In this document: in pieces, positions 39,801 to 52,581 of the stretch
Layout of the letters: the number at the start of each line of letters is the position of its first letter
Numbering within the stretch: position 1 is the first letter of the stretch
DNA from: Chrysemys picta bellii
Taxonomy: Eukaryota
Reading direction: 5' to 3'
Assembly (NCBI RefSeq): GCF_011386835.1
Contig: NC_088808.1
Span: 15,810,001 to 15,874,000, forward strand
Length of the DNA: 64,000 nucleotides
Program-made: the position numbers and the translations under genes
The notes under the pieces: generated by a model
The model's input: only the letters and a program-made list of their open reading frames with translations
What the model was told of the DNA's origin: nothing
Databases searched by the model: none

Positions 39801-40674
39801 CTATTGTATACCGATGCTTGACATGAGCACAGGGCTTGTGGTTGGCTGGAATGGAATGTTTGAAGCTTCCCGGGAGTTTCTGATATATAGCAGTAAAGCT
39901 AACAGACTGCAGAATTAACACCCCATTGAAACAAACGGTGGAGGGATTTAAGGGAATTCTCCTCCTATGTAGCTGCACAGGACTTTCTTGCAGTGGAGCT
40001 GGGATAGATCTACTGCAAGGAGTAGTTGGGGACAGGGTTCAGGAAGCCTGCATTGGATATGTGTGTGTCACATACAGTTCATGAGGGTCCTGCGTGCCTT
40101 TCTACAATGGGGATTTAGTGTCAGGGCTGCTGCTATGTAGCTTTGTCAGGTATCTCCACCTACATGTGGTGCAAGGGCAGGTGCAAATGTGCAATAGGCT
40201 ACTCTAGTCTTGAGGCTGGAGTAGCAGTCCTGGAGTGGGCTGAAGGGCAGGGATAAAGAATTTCTCTCCTGCTGTGCCAGCATTTGGGCTTAGGCAGTTC
40301 ATATGTCTCTGGTTCATTATGTTTTTCTGAATTTACAGAAAAGCAATGCCCCATCAAGTCACATCCTGGAGAGTTTTCTTCATAGCCATAAGGGCGAGAA
40401 GCTTAATTTTTGGAAAAGCTGAATATCAAGCCCCCAATTAACCAGGGGCAGTTTCTTGCCGGTCATTGATGAGTGCACCCTTGATATTGTGCTAATTGTG
40501 TCATTGTTCTGCAATCAAGAGGAATATAGCATTTTATCATGCCACAAGATTATACCAAATACTTAAGGCAGTGTACAGGGTGAGCCATCTAGAATGTTTT
40601 CAGTATTCTGCAGACCAGGATACTTGCTGTAGACTATAATTGAATCATGTGCAGGCCGTCCTACAACATTCAGG

Positions 40675-40875
40675 AAGGCAGTGTAAGACAGTAGAGAGAG
40701 GTACACCAGGAGTCAAGAGACATGGGTTTTGTTCCTGGCTTTGCCACTAATCCACAGTCTGCAAGTCACTTAGATCCTCTGTTTTCCTATCTGTAAAGTT
40801 GATAGGATGCTTACCCGCCTTTGTAAAGTGTTTTGTAAATCCACACATGAAAAGGCTATGTAAATGAGAAGTATG
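40675..40875 (+). mobile_element. MIR-like CORE-SINE
   Basis: caggagtcaagagacatgggttttgttcctggctttgccact...caagtcactt...ttcctatctgtaaa. Confidence 0.65.
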
Positions 40876-41021
40876 AATATATGGGTGAGATGTTTCTCAC
40901 TTCCTATCCCGCAGTGCTCAGTCCAAATGTCCTGCATACAGAACACAGCTGCTTTTCAGAAGACCTAAGCAGAGCTTTTAATTATTCCAAGCATGTTAAA
41001 AGTGCTACTCACACTATAATA

Positions 41022-41105
41022 TGAAAACAACAAGGAGTCTGGTGGCACCTTAAAGACTAACAGATTTATTTGGGCATCAGTTTTCGTGGGTAAAAACCTC
41101 ACTTC
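41022..41105 (-). mobile_element. Penelope pseudo-LTR fragment with truncated hammerhead
   Basis: Reverse complement GAAGTGAGGTTTTTACCCACGAAAACTGATGCCCAAATAAATCTGTTAGTCTTTAAGGTGCCAC matches the 3' ends at 27.3-27.4 kb and 48.6-48.7 kb. Confidence 0.8.
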
Positions 41106-41148
41106 CTTGTATCTGTTGCCCTTTCCCTATTAAGCACTTTCTCTAATT

Positions 41149-42575
41149 CATGGTTGATTAAAAAAAAATCAGTGATTAATTTTTAATTTGTTTTTTTAAT
41201 TAGTTTATTTTAAATATATTTTTCAAGTTTAAAAAATAAAGTTGAAATTTAAAATTAAATTTGAAATGGACAACTTTTGTTAAGGCTTTACTTTATTATA
41301 ATCTACTAACATAATTTAAATTAAACAAAAGTATTAAGTAGTACATGTTTGCTGCCAAATTTTAAAGAAAGTCAAACCACTGAACTGGTGGAAGAAGTCA
41401 CTGGTTAAGTACCCGGAACAGAGAGTTTGTTGAAGTGCTAAACCAGCCTTTGACAGCAGTAGCATCTTCTGGAGGTGCAGAGAGAATAATTGATTAATTT
41501 CAGTTTATGTAACTAGTTCAGCTCAATGTCTAATTCATTCAAAGTTGAGAAACTGGGAGCTGAAAAAGAAAGTAAGTTTGTTTTCTCTTCCAACTACGAA
41601 TAAAAACTAGGCATGAAAGGATGAGATCTACTAGTTCTAAAATCTTGAAGGACGTGAACATAAAAATGGCCATACTGGGTCAGACCAGTGGTCCAGGTAG
41701 CCCAGTGTCCTGTCTTCCAACAATGGCCAGTGCGAGGTGCTTCAGAGGGAATGAATATAACAGGCGATCATTAAGTGATCCATCTCCTGTCATCCACTCC
41801 AAACTTCAGACAGTCAAAGATTGGGGACACCCAGAGCATGGGGTTGCATCCCTGACCAACTTGGCCAATAGCCATTGATGGACCTGTCCTCCATGAACTT
41901 ACATAATTCTTTTCGAACCCCATTACAGTTTTGGCCTTCACAACATCCCCTGACAAAAAGTTCCACAGGTTGGCTGTGCATTGTGTACTTCCTTTTGTGT
42001 GTTTTAAACCTGCTATTAATTTCATTGGGTGACCCCTGGTCACATGGTGACCAGAGATAATCAGTTTAGTTCGCTAATTACCAGTAATACTTCCTTTGTT
42101 TAATAAATTAGTTTTAAATACAAAACATATTTTGGTAAACTTTTGATATACTATTTTTTGTTATATATCCATCCCATTTAATGTACTTTTAGTTAATAAA
42201 AACAAATAAATGCTTTTAAAATATATGTTGTTAATCATCATTTAGTAAATAAGAAATGCATCATTCAACATTTTCTAACTATATAAAATATATAAAAATT
42301 AAGAATCTGAATAAATGTAAGTTAAGCTATATGGTTGCTTACATAAATGTATATAAATATAACATATCCTGTTGGTTAGCAAAAAGCAGCACCAAATTTA
42401 GCATGAAGGCTATAATTGCAAATCAATATGTTTTAATGGTTACCAGCCAATGAGAATCCACCTTTCTTCAGGAAAATAACTGAAAAGTACAAATTCAAAA
42501 CACAAAACCAGTGATTGAAATTGAGGTTTCTTACTTGACGATTTAAATCTCGCTAATCTAAATCAATCTGCCCTG
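41149..42575 (+). mobile_element. AT-rich non-autonomous hAT element with transposase C-terminal remnant
   Basis: Perfect 8-bp TSD CTCTAATT (41141-41148, 42576-42583); termini catgg / ccctg; remnant KPLNWWK...LTAVASSGGAERI...LIHSKLR at about 41375-41600. Confidence 0.85.
41655..42040 (-). mobile_element. CR1 3' end inserted in the hAT element
   Basis: aacataaaaatggccatactgggtcagacc...tagccattgatggacct...aagttccacaggttg, the antisense CR1 3'UTR. Confidence 0.85.
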
Positions 42576-44514
42576 CTCTAATTTCCCATGGATCTCAATG
42601 TGCATATCCAGTGCAACCAAGTGTTTTGAATAACTGGCTACATGTAAACCAACGGTGGGGTGAAATGCGGTATTATAATGGTTTTTTTTTTTTTAAAGGG
42701 AAAGGATTGGAAATACTTTTTTAGGAACTTACATCTCAGATACTGTAGTATTTGAACTACAGACTTGCCTGAATTGCTGTGAATTTTATTTGTAGTTTGA
42801 CCCAACTGTTTCAACAGATTTGATGAATGTGGGAAACCAGAAAAAGTTGAAATAGAGAATGATTTATTCATCTCCTTGCCAGTGCAGTATTGTTCCTTAC
42901 AGTACACGTACTAGTACTTTGTCCTGTCTAGTTCTAAAGGTGGCAGGCAATGGGACTCTCACCATTTCCTGTGGAGAAGATTTTATATTCAAATCAACAG
43001 GGCTTGACAAATCCACTCAGCAATGGCAAGTAAGAAACTTTCCCTTGTATATATTGTGGTGAGGACTTGGCCTTTAATCTCTGTGGATTTGAAACTATTT
43101 TTTTGTCTTTAGACATTATGGTTGTGAAGATAACCAGAGTGTAAGCTAATTCAGTGTAGTCAGGAGACATCCTGAGGGGGTGGAGAGGTATAGGCTACCT
43201 AATATCCAAATCTTGTGAAGCTGAGCTCTTTGGTCTATAGGTGTGGTGGGTCATATTCTTGACATGGACTTCCAAAATCCTACCTCAGTTGTGTGCAGAG
43301 GAAACAAATTGATTTTGTGTGGCCTCTAATGATCCCTTTCCCATTTGTCCTGACCCCTATGTGTGCTAGTGTCATACGCAATAAATTTCCAGGCTTGTCA
43401 TCTACTGAAAGACTCATCAAGAGTTGTGTTTTATTAGCTTACTACTAGCTAAAAGTTGTACTGTCCCATGGGTGTAGTAATTCATAAAGTTGGGTTGGGG
43501 GAGCTGAGAACTTAAAATTTGGACTTAAACTATTCTGAACAAAAAGAGCTGTCAACCTTGCTTGTAGCTGTTTCCATCACTTCACATTGACTTAAGACAT
43601 TCTAGGCCTCAAAATAACAGTTCTGGAATCTCATTATATCGGTTTTATTTCTCTCTTTATGCTGTAAGTGCAATTATCGGAGTGTGGCTTGTCTGTCTTC
43701 AAAACATGCCCTTCCCTAGGTTAAATGAATGCTTCCTCTTTTCCCATCCACCTTAATATATTTCAGTACTTACAGACTATACCTCGTACCTCTGGTCTTC
43801 AGCGTGTATCAAGATCACCAAGGTGACACAGTGCACATACAAATGAATATCATGGACGCTACATTCAAGGCCTCCATAGGGCTTTAGCTAGTGCATGGTA
43901 TTTATTTGTATTTTGATGCTGGAGATGTTGTTTTGTGTTTTTAGTTACTTAAGTAGATCAGTTTTATCGTAAAGCACCTGGGTTACTTGGCTGGATAGAC
44001 TCTCTCTATAATGATTTTCAAGTAGAAGGAAATACGTGGGCTCCATGTGGCACATTGGAAGAATTTATTAGCTTAAATTATTGAATTTTTAAAGTTGACT
44101 GGTCAGTCGTGGAAATCACTGTGACTCTGAGTTGCTGATAGGTGTAACAACCTGAGCAGTTGTGCACCTGTTATAACTTGAGATCAGTTCATGCTCACTT
44201 GTAGTTATGGGAGCACTCCTGCTGCCTTCAGTGAGCTACTTGCATGGGGAAGAGTAGCTGGCTTTGGCCCATTGTCTCTATTTTAGATTTTCATACAGTG
44301 TAATTCTCTTCTGAAGGACATTATTGTCAGATACGCAACAGAACTACCATGTCAGTTTTTCTCTCCTCTTCGGTTTTTCTTTACAACCATTGCTCCTTCA
44401 TGGATTTTTCTACTTTTCTTTCCTACCCAGTAGTCCCCATGCTTCTGAGGCTTCAGTAGTGAACAGTTAGTGTGTTGTTATTTATAAAACTATAAGTGTT
44501 TAAGGTCCTTTGAA

Positions 44515-44690
44515 AGGGGCCCTGGAGTGAGAATCAGGAGACCTGAACTCTTCCTTAGGCCACTGAAGTGACTTGCTCAAGATCACACAACACTTCCCTC
44601 TGTGCCTGAGTTTCCCTAGCTGTAAAATAGGGATAATGATACTAACCCTCCTCTGTACATCACTTGAGATCCCAATAAGAGCTAAATATT
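44515..44690 (+). mobile_element. MIR-like CORE-SINE
   Basis: gaatcaggagacctg...ccctctgtgcctgagtttccctagctgtaaaatagggataatgatac. Confidence 0.65.
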
Positions 44691-45581
44691 GTTTGTTATT
44701 GAAATGTTCAAATACCTAAATACTTAATTAAAAATATTCTATAGCCCATGTGAAGTCTGGGGTTAAAGTATGGTGAGTCCATCCTAATAGGTTGTGTGGG
44801 AGAAGCATATAAATACAGGAGGTGCTCAGTTTGGTTTTAATTTGTTTAATCATGAGAAGGCCTGTTCTTTTGGTGCTGAGGGAGTGAGGATGTTGCATCT
44901 CCATGAGCTCTTCCCTGGGTGTTCAGCTCTCACAGGAATTTCAGCAGGGCAAGGTGGAAGGCAAATGACTTTTAGAAAATATAGTAGTACATGTGCTGAA
45001 TCCTCCAGGTGTTCGCTTTGGGAGAGCTCAGAGCATATATACAATTTTAAGTGTAAACATTTGCACTTAAATAACACTCCTCTTCTTTGTGCTTTAAAGA
45101 CAGCTTGCAAAACCCTAGGTCACTTCCCCAGGTACAAAAGAAAGAGAGAGACTTGTGGAAGTCACAGGTGGTTCTCACTTGACTGAGCTGCTCTGACCTT
45201 TTGAGGTTTGGCTTCTGAAGTATGAAATGTGAAATGTGTGCTTGTTGCATTTGTTTCCATTTGGGCCTGGCTAACTTGCACTGATCAAGTGGTTTCAGGA
45301 AGTCACAGCTTCTAGCCTAGTAATGTTTGTTATGTGAATAAGATTTGTCAGAAGTTACTGACATTTGCAGATGCTGCTAAATTGGTCCATCTTATCAGAC
45401 ATCCCGCCTCCAGCAGTAGCCAATTCCTGATGCTTCAGAGTAATGTGAAACCCCTGTAATGCATCTGCCTAACTGAAATTAGAGGGCAGGCGTCCCCCTT
45501 TCCTGACACTCGGATAACTAGTTCATTCCTTAAAGCATGAAATTCTTAGTGCAGGAGACTAGTTCTTTTTCCCCACAAAAC

Positions 45582-45838
45582 TGAAGGCTGGTCCAGGTCT
45601 GCACTTTCGTACCGGCATAGCTTTGTTGGTCAGGGTGTGTGGGGGAAAAAACACACCCCTTAGAAACCTAGCTATGTAGACAAAGCTCCCAGTGCCTAAG
45701 AGGGCTTCTGTTGGTGTAGCTAACATTGTATGGGGAAGTGATGTTCTTATACTTGGAGAACTCCTTCTCTTGGTGTATGCTGCACTACACTACAGCACTA
45801 TGCTGGCATATGCTCAATAGTGTACCATAACCTGAGTT
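45582..45838. mobile_element. Decayed PIF/Harbinger-like MITE
   Basis: GGCT..TCT.CACT / AGTGTA..ATAACC type ends, degenerate. Confidence 0.4.
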
Positions 45839-46414
45839 CCTGACTGATGGATTGCTCTCAGGGAAGGAAGGATGGACCTTGAAATATCTCTCTCAGCTGT
45901 ATGAACCCAGGATCTTGTATGGATCTCTTTCTCTGCATGAGCTGCACACCAATACACAGGCTGGATTTACCTAGCTTTTCCTCTTCATCTTAGCCCTCAA
46001 TTACTGGAGGTCAGGGCCTTCCCATGTATAACACTGTTTATCTACTCCTTGTGGAGAAGCAGGAGCCACAGAGGTTACTAATGGACCTGCTGTGCTTTTT
46101 TGCATAGATACAGGCATGCTCCACTGCCAGACTCTTCAGTCTGCACAAGTGACCCTTTATTACTCAGGTGGAAGGTGGGCTGTGAATCCATGCACCCAGA
46201 CTTCTCTTCTCAGTCACAGGTTTGAGACAGTGGCCAGTAATGGATGCTTCAGAGGAAGGTGCAAGAAATCCCATGGTGACCAACTATGGAGTCATTTGGT
46301 CATAAGGGAGTTTTGTTCCTGATGCCCTCAGTTGTCATGAAACATGAGGATTTACATGCTGCTTTTGTACAAACAAAAAACCCCCAAACAAAACAGATGT
46401 TGTTATGAATGTCC

Positions 46415-47309
46415 TCATTAACAATATCAGTGTCTATCCTTTTTTAATCCCACTAATCTATTAGCTTTATTATTTCATGGCAATGAATTCCAAAGTTAAG
46501 TGTGCATTGTGTATAAAGGTATTTCCTTTTATCAGTTTTCAGTTAGTTGCTTTTGAGTTTCGTTGGTTGTCCCAAGGCGCTGATGTTATGAGAGAGGGTA
46601 ATTAGGTGCACTTTATTTACCTTTTCTGTACTGTTTGTTATTTTGTATACCTCTATCCTATCTCCTCTCTGAATTGAACAGTCCCAGTCTTTTCAATCAT
46701 TCATCATACAGAATTCCCTCCATGCCTCTAAGGGTATATCTACACTACCAGCTGGATCGGTGGGCAGTGATCGATCCAGAGGGGATTGATTTATCATGTC
46801 TAGTCTAGACATGATAAATTGACCCCTGAGCATTCTCCCGTCGACTCCTGTACTCCACCACCGTGGGAAGCGCAGGCACAGTTAACGGGGGAGTATCAGC
46901 AGTCGACTCACCACGGTGAAGACACCACGGTAAGTCGATCTAAGTACGTTGACTTCAGCTACGCTATTCACGTAGCTGAAGTTGCATAACTTAGATCGAT
47001 TTCTGCCCCCCCCCTCCAGTGTAGACCAGGCCTTAGTCATTTTTACTGGTCATTTTTAAACCGCCTCAATTTCTGCAATATCCTTTTTGAGCTATGGTGA
47101 CCAGTATTGCAGGCAGTATTCCAAGTCAGGTCGTACAGTTGAGATATATAATGGCATTGTAATGTTTGCAGTATTATTCTGTATCCCATTCCTTATGCAT
47201 CCTAACATTTTGTTAGGTTTTATGACTAGTGCTGTAAACCAACCAGAGTCTTCGTTGAAGTGTCCTGATGTCCAGGTCCTTTTCCTGTGTGATTATACAT
47301 AGTTTAGAA
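46415..47309 (-). mobile_element. CR1 fragment interrupted by a MITE
   Basis: Antisense CR1 ORF2 sequence on both sides of 46731-47033 (ggcaatgaattccaaag...; ggtgaccagtattgcaggcagtattccaag). Confidence 0.75.
46731..47033. mobile_element. MITE with AGG..TCTACACT termini (PIF/Harbinger-like)
   Basis: agggtatatctacact / agtgtagaccaggcct, flanked by TA on both sides; CpG-rich interior. Confidence 0.8.
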
Positions 47310-47998
47310 CAGGGGTTCCCACAAGAAATTTTTTGGTGGCCTCAGAGTGCGACCACCAACTCTTGTTGGTGCCCACTTTGACGATTTGTCCTAAAATATT
47401 TATTTAACTTCAGGAAAAACAAATAAATATGCACATCCAAGTCATGGTAATTTATTTATGTAGGGTTTTTTGCAGACACAATAATAAAAATAATGTACAG
47501 TTGTTTCTATTCTTTACTGGACCTAAACAATAGAAACAAAATAAGGTGCTTTGCACATTCTTGTCTTTTTGTTGTTTCTTTTGCTTTTTTTGCCCCCCCC
47601 CCCCTTTTTTTTTAGACTTGCTAGCTAGTAAGGCTGCTGCTGTGAAAACTGATATTTGTATGTATCACTTTTCATAGCAGACTTACTAGTTAGCTGGGAG
47701 GCAGTGAAAAGTGATATTAACAAACATACAAATATCACTTTTCACAGCAGACTTACACAGCCCCGGGAAGCCAGGGGACAAATTAAGCTGTGCATGGAGA
47801 GGTGGGTAGGGAGGCACTGGGGGTCAGGGGTGATGGGGTGGGGGTGGGTGGGAAGACCTCGGGACTGGAGTCTGAAGCCTGATTCCCTGCGCAGAGCCTG
47901 ATGCCCACCACCCCAGGGCTGATGCCGGAAGCTTGAGCCCCACCACCCCTTGGAAGGTGGGGAACTCACGCCTGCTCCTCTGGCATTTGTGACTCCAA
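47310..47998. mobile_element. hAT-like element, left portion
   Basis: Starts caggggttcccaca; internal 27-bp inverted repeat 47637-47663 / 47724-47750 (26/27). Right end not found. Confidence 0.55.
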
Positions 47999-48000
47999 AT

Positions 48001-48714
48001 GTGCACATCTACCAATGTGATATATGCCATCCTGTGCCAGCAATGCCCCTCTGCCATGTACATTGGCCAAACCGGACAATCTCTACGCAGAAGAATAAAT
48101 GGACACAAATCTGACATCAGGAATCATAACATCCCCATACCTGCCGCCCCCCCCATTTCTCCCCCCCCCCCCCCCGAGTGTGCCGCGTTCCTGCTCCTCT
48201 GCCTACCTCCAGGCACTTCCTGCTGCAAACAACTGTTTGGTGGTGCTTTCCAGGAGGGAGGAGCAGGGAGCTGCGTACTCAGGGGAGGAGGTGGAGAAGA
48301 GGCGGGGCAGGGCCGGGGATTTGAGGTAGGGGTTGGAATAGGGGCAAGGAGGGGGTGGAGTTGGGGTGGGGACTTTGGGGAAGGGTTGGAAGAGAGAGGA
48401 TGGGGTGGGGCCTCATGGAAGGGATGGAGTGGGGGCGGGGCCGGGGGCAGCGAGGTGTGTGTGTCAGTGATGTGGCCCGTGTGGTCATTTGAGTTTGAGA
48501 TTCCTGTGTTAGACTGACCTCACACTTAGTAAGGCAACTCACATCTTTTCATGTATTTATACCTGCTCCTCTATTTTCCACTCCATGCATCTGATGAAGT
48601 GAGTTGTAGCCCATGAAAGCTTATGCCCAAATAAATTTGTTTGTCTCTAAAGTGCCACAAGGACTCCTCGTTTTTTTTGCTGATACAGACTAACACGGCT
48701 ACCTCTCTGAAACC
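48001..48714 (+). mobile_element. Penelope-like element (GIY-YIG fragment plus pseudo-LTR), interrupted by a GC-rich insert at about 48132-48460
   Basis: CTSTNVIYAILCQQCPSAMYIGQTGQSLRRRINGHKSDIRNHNI; 3' end shared with the 26722-27457 copy (...gctgatacagactaacacggctac..tctgaaacc). Confidence 0.88.
48587..48626 (+). ncRNA. Minimal type I hammerhead ribozyme motif with intact catalytic core
   Basis: GCAT-CTGATGA-A-GTGAGT-TGTA-GCCCAT-GAAA-GCTT-ATGC: stem I GCAU/AUGC, both core boxes, palindromic AGCU stem III, CUU cleavage triplet. Stem II has one A-C mismatch and two G-U pairs. Confidence 0.75.
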
Positions 48715-49574
48715 TGATTTAGACAGACATCTAGCAGAGTATTCTGTTTCTGCTGTGACACTGGGATTTTGTAGTCTATTATTATCACTTATTTGTATTA
48801 CAGAAGTGCATAGGATCCAAGCAAAAACAGGGTCCCACTGTGCTAGCCATTGTACAAATACACTAATAGACAGCCCCTGCCCCAAAGATCTTGTGATTTA
48901 AATAGACAGAACAGACAGGATAGGATAAAGGAAAGGGATATAACACAGATATAGTTATTTAATTGGCTTCCATAGTCTTTTTGAGCAAGACCATCCAATA
49001 AAATGGCTTCCCTCCCTTCCCCCCCCCAAGATTAAATATTAGAGTAGAGAAATTTGGGTGTTTTGAGATCTTGAGTTCATTGTAATGGCTGTATCCTGCG
49101 TTAATGGCCCCAAGCAGAGGCCAAAGAAAAGGGCTACCGTCAGGCCGCCAGCTTCCAGGTGTTGCAATCAGCAGGTGCCAGCTGGCTGCAGTGTGTGTTT
49201 TAATAACCATACAGGAGGGTAATTCATTTCTTCATGTGTTTGGATTTTACATGGGAGTCACCAGGCTGGGAAATCTTTTAAGATGCCCGTCTGGATCCCA
49301 GGTCTGGCTGTCTGACGGGAAAATACAGTTGTCTCAAGGTAGCTTTTGGAGTTCCAGGCAGGTGCACTCTTTCCAAAGTACAGCAGAGGACCCAGCTGGC
49401 TGGAGAAACCAGGAGAAGAATTTAGCAGGGTAGGTGGGAAAATACTGACTTTCGATGGCCTTTGCACAGACTTCGAGGTCTGAGGGTCGGTGTTTTATCT
49501 TCAGTCTTAGCTGGAATGCCCGTCAGTTTTGTTCAGATCAGCAGCTGTCCTGTAGCAGGGTCAATTACAGTAAG

Positions 49575-49800
49575 AGGGGAGGCAGTGTGGTTAGTGGTTA
49601 CAGCAAAGGTCTGGATGTCAGGAGAATGGGATTCTGATTCCAGTTTTGCTATTAGCGCACTGTGTTATCTTGGTTAAGACCCTTCATCTCTCTGGGCCCC
49701 TATTTTCTTTTCTGGAAAACAGGGTTAATGATACTTAGCACTTTGCAAAGGTTGGTTTGAGATCTCAGCTGAAAGTCGTTACAGTAAGTACAAAGTATTC
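49575..49800 (+). mobile_element. MIR-like CORE-SINE
   Basis: ggcagtgtggttagtggtt A-box-like head; core-like tgtgttatcttggttaagac...ctctctgggcc. Confidence 0.6.
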
Positions 49801-52018
49801 TGTAAATGTCACTTGTCCAGATTCTGACTGTGGTTGCTCCATAAGGCTTGACAACAGGCTTTTCCTAGCGTGCCCCTAAGTTCTCTGCTTTGAAGTGGTT
49901 GTTTATTCCTCCTTCATCCTTTTTAATGATACGAGATGTGATCAAGAGGCAGCTAAGACTCAGTTACATAACTTGTTGCTAGGGTTTCTCTTTGGCAGCT
50001 CTACCCTGATATCTGTTTGCCTGCTGACTTTCAGGAACGCAGGGTTTTTCTGTTAAGCAGCCAACTCCCAAACCAGCTAACATTCTCCCCACCACCACCA
50101 CCACTATTTTAAAATTCTAAATGGGTTTGAGAAAAGTTATTACTCTTGTTGAAGTGAAGGATTGATACCTAAACAGCAGAGTGGACAGGTGTTTAGCAGA
50201 CTTCCACCTCAAAGCGTTCTGGTTTAATACACCTCAATCCTGATCTCCAACACACCTGCTAAAACAGTCCCGGGGTCCCACAAAGGATTGCCAGTGCATC
50301 ACGGTCCTGATTTACAGCATTACCTCTTATTCTACTCTAGTCATAGGGCTCCTTACAGCTTTGCCAGAGCAAACAGAAAAATTGTCCTCAGTCCAGCACC
50401 ATAGTGCCCTCCACAGTAATCAGGACATAATTCTCCTTTCCTCTTTCATGCCCGTCCTACTAATAAAATACTGTGCAAATAAGGGAGGGACCATTGTTTT
50501 CTTTGGCAAAAGATGAACGTCTGAGAAAATATTGAGACAGAGAAGGTGCCAAAGATGTGCCTGCTATGCCAAAGGAGAATGTGTCCCAAGATTGTCTTTA
50601 AGCCGCATTGTCTCTGCAAGGCCCCACATTGCAGCCCCATCAGTCTGTCTGTGAGGACTGCATGGAACTCCTTTCAGAGCATGTCATTATTCCTTGATCA
50701 GCCAGTGGAAGCTGTTGTTTTGAGTGGTACCAAATTCTTCCCACCTTCTTGAGACTAAGCATGCTGAATCCAAAGCTCCAGTCCAGGATTTAAACCTGGC
50801 AGCGCGGTCATTCAGCCCTGAATGCATTTTATTGGTCACAAATTTTCTTCCTGACTGCTGCTATTAGATATGCTTTGCTAGCCTGGATGCAGATGCCAGC
50901 ACAGTATCAAACTGGTTGTGTCCAACATGTGTGGCCTATGCTTATTTTGTATATAATATGTGGTGAATTTATCCTCTTACCTGGAAATCATGTTTGATAA
51001 GGGATTACTAGTGGAAGTTGTTGCTTGTGGTCAGAGGCTAGTCTCTTTCAGAACTAGAGATTATTTCCCCCGCCTTGTGTCTCTAATATCCTGGGACCAA
51101 CCCAGCTACAATAATGAGAAAGTTAACATTTTTATCCAATGGCTGTGCTTATCATCAGCTTTTCCATACTAGCCCAGTCTTCCACCTGAGTTGTTGTTTG
51201 CCAGATTTGTTATGTTTTGTGTTTTGGTTCCAAATTATAATTAACTAGTTTTAGTGGCAATTATTGCTTTGGAAGAATCAATTTAAGATGACCATAGATT
51301 GGCACCTCTTCAAATTCCCGTCTCCATTTGCTGGCAGGGAAGGAGATACTCAGACACCTGGGACTGATATAAAAATGGCTCACTAGAAATGGGTTTTGAC
51401 TCTTTAAAATGCATATAAAATGACAGCTTATCAATTATTCTGTCAGCTCTGAAAGCACATTATAAAAATTGCATTTTCTCTGTTGACACTTTAGATTATT
51501 AGAACAAAATATTAAAATTATATATTTACTTTCCATAATCGATGCTATTGGTTTAATTTGCACTCTGAACTCAGCCTGGACAATGTAACCTAATATATTT
51601 CTGTCAAATCAGCAGTCTCTAATAATTTTCACTTTTTGTCTCTCATGCACTATAACAAAGCTGCAACATTAAGGTTCCAGACACTGTAGAGGAACATTTA
51701 AATCCAACAGAAAAGAAACCAAGCCTGTTTTCACTAGATATTTGACTTAGTTTTAGTGTCAGGTTTAAAGGTTACTTCATTGATCTTACATTTTATTAAA
51801 CCTAAGTGTCTAGCCTAACTTTTCAAAATCTGTTTCTTTTTGCAAAACCTCAATTTGCGGCCTAAAATTAGTCTGACAACATCACTAACATCCATTAGGC
51901 TAGCTTTCTGGGTACGACATCTTTCCCTGGCAAACGATAGACTTGATTTAATGAACCTTTTCCCTCTCTTACATTTTGATTCTGACTCAGCTAAAACGAT
52001 ATTTCAAATGCAGAGAGA

Positions 52019-52094
52019 AATATCTTTTATTGGACCAACTTCTGTTGAAAGCTCCTCTCTCTGACCAATAGAAGTTGGTCCAATAAAAGATATT
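52019..52094. repeat. Perfect 25-bp inverted repeat (foldback)
   Basis: AATATCTTTTATTGGACCAACTTCT (52019-52043) and its exact reverse complement (52070-52094). Confidence 0.92.
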
Positions 52095-52581
52095 ACCTCA
52101 CCCACCTTGTCTTACTTTTTCGTTGGTTTTCTTTACTAGTTCTGATACATAGGACACTTCTGAAGTAGTAGATTTCGTTTTTAAGGGAGGGCTTCACTCC
52201 TGATTGTGTCCTCCCATGTTATCCTACCAATCGTAGTTAATCTCTTTCAGAATGTGACTGTTTAAATAAATGAAGGTACATTGTCAAGGAGTGGTCATTG
52301 GTCACATGTGCATTGTAGGAAAAGTGTGTTCCTGGAGTTGGGTATCTTTATCTTAATAATTACTAGTGTGTTTATTTTGATGTAAAAATCCCCTATTTCA
52401 AAAAATTTCATGAACTTGAATGTACTTAGTGTTGCTTATAGAGTTTTTTAAATCTTCCATAAAGGCTGTCAATTATTTGAACTTCCAGTTATGTTGCTTA
52501 TTCCTCATGTCCTTTCAGTGATGTTCAACTGGTATCTTTTTGTAATAAATTCTCTTGAATCCCAGAAGCTTGCACTGTATA

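Noticed and set aside
47999-48517. 172-aa ORF beginning with GIY-YIG as a chimeric gene
   Set aside because: Accidental read-through from a Penelope fragment into a GC-rich insert.
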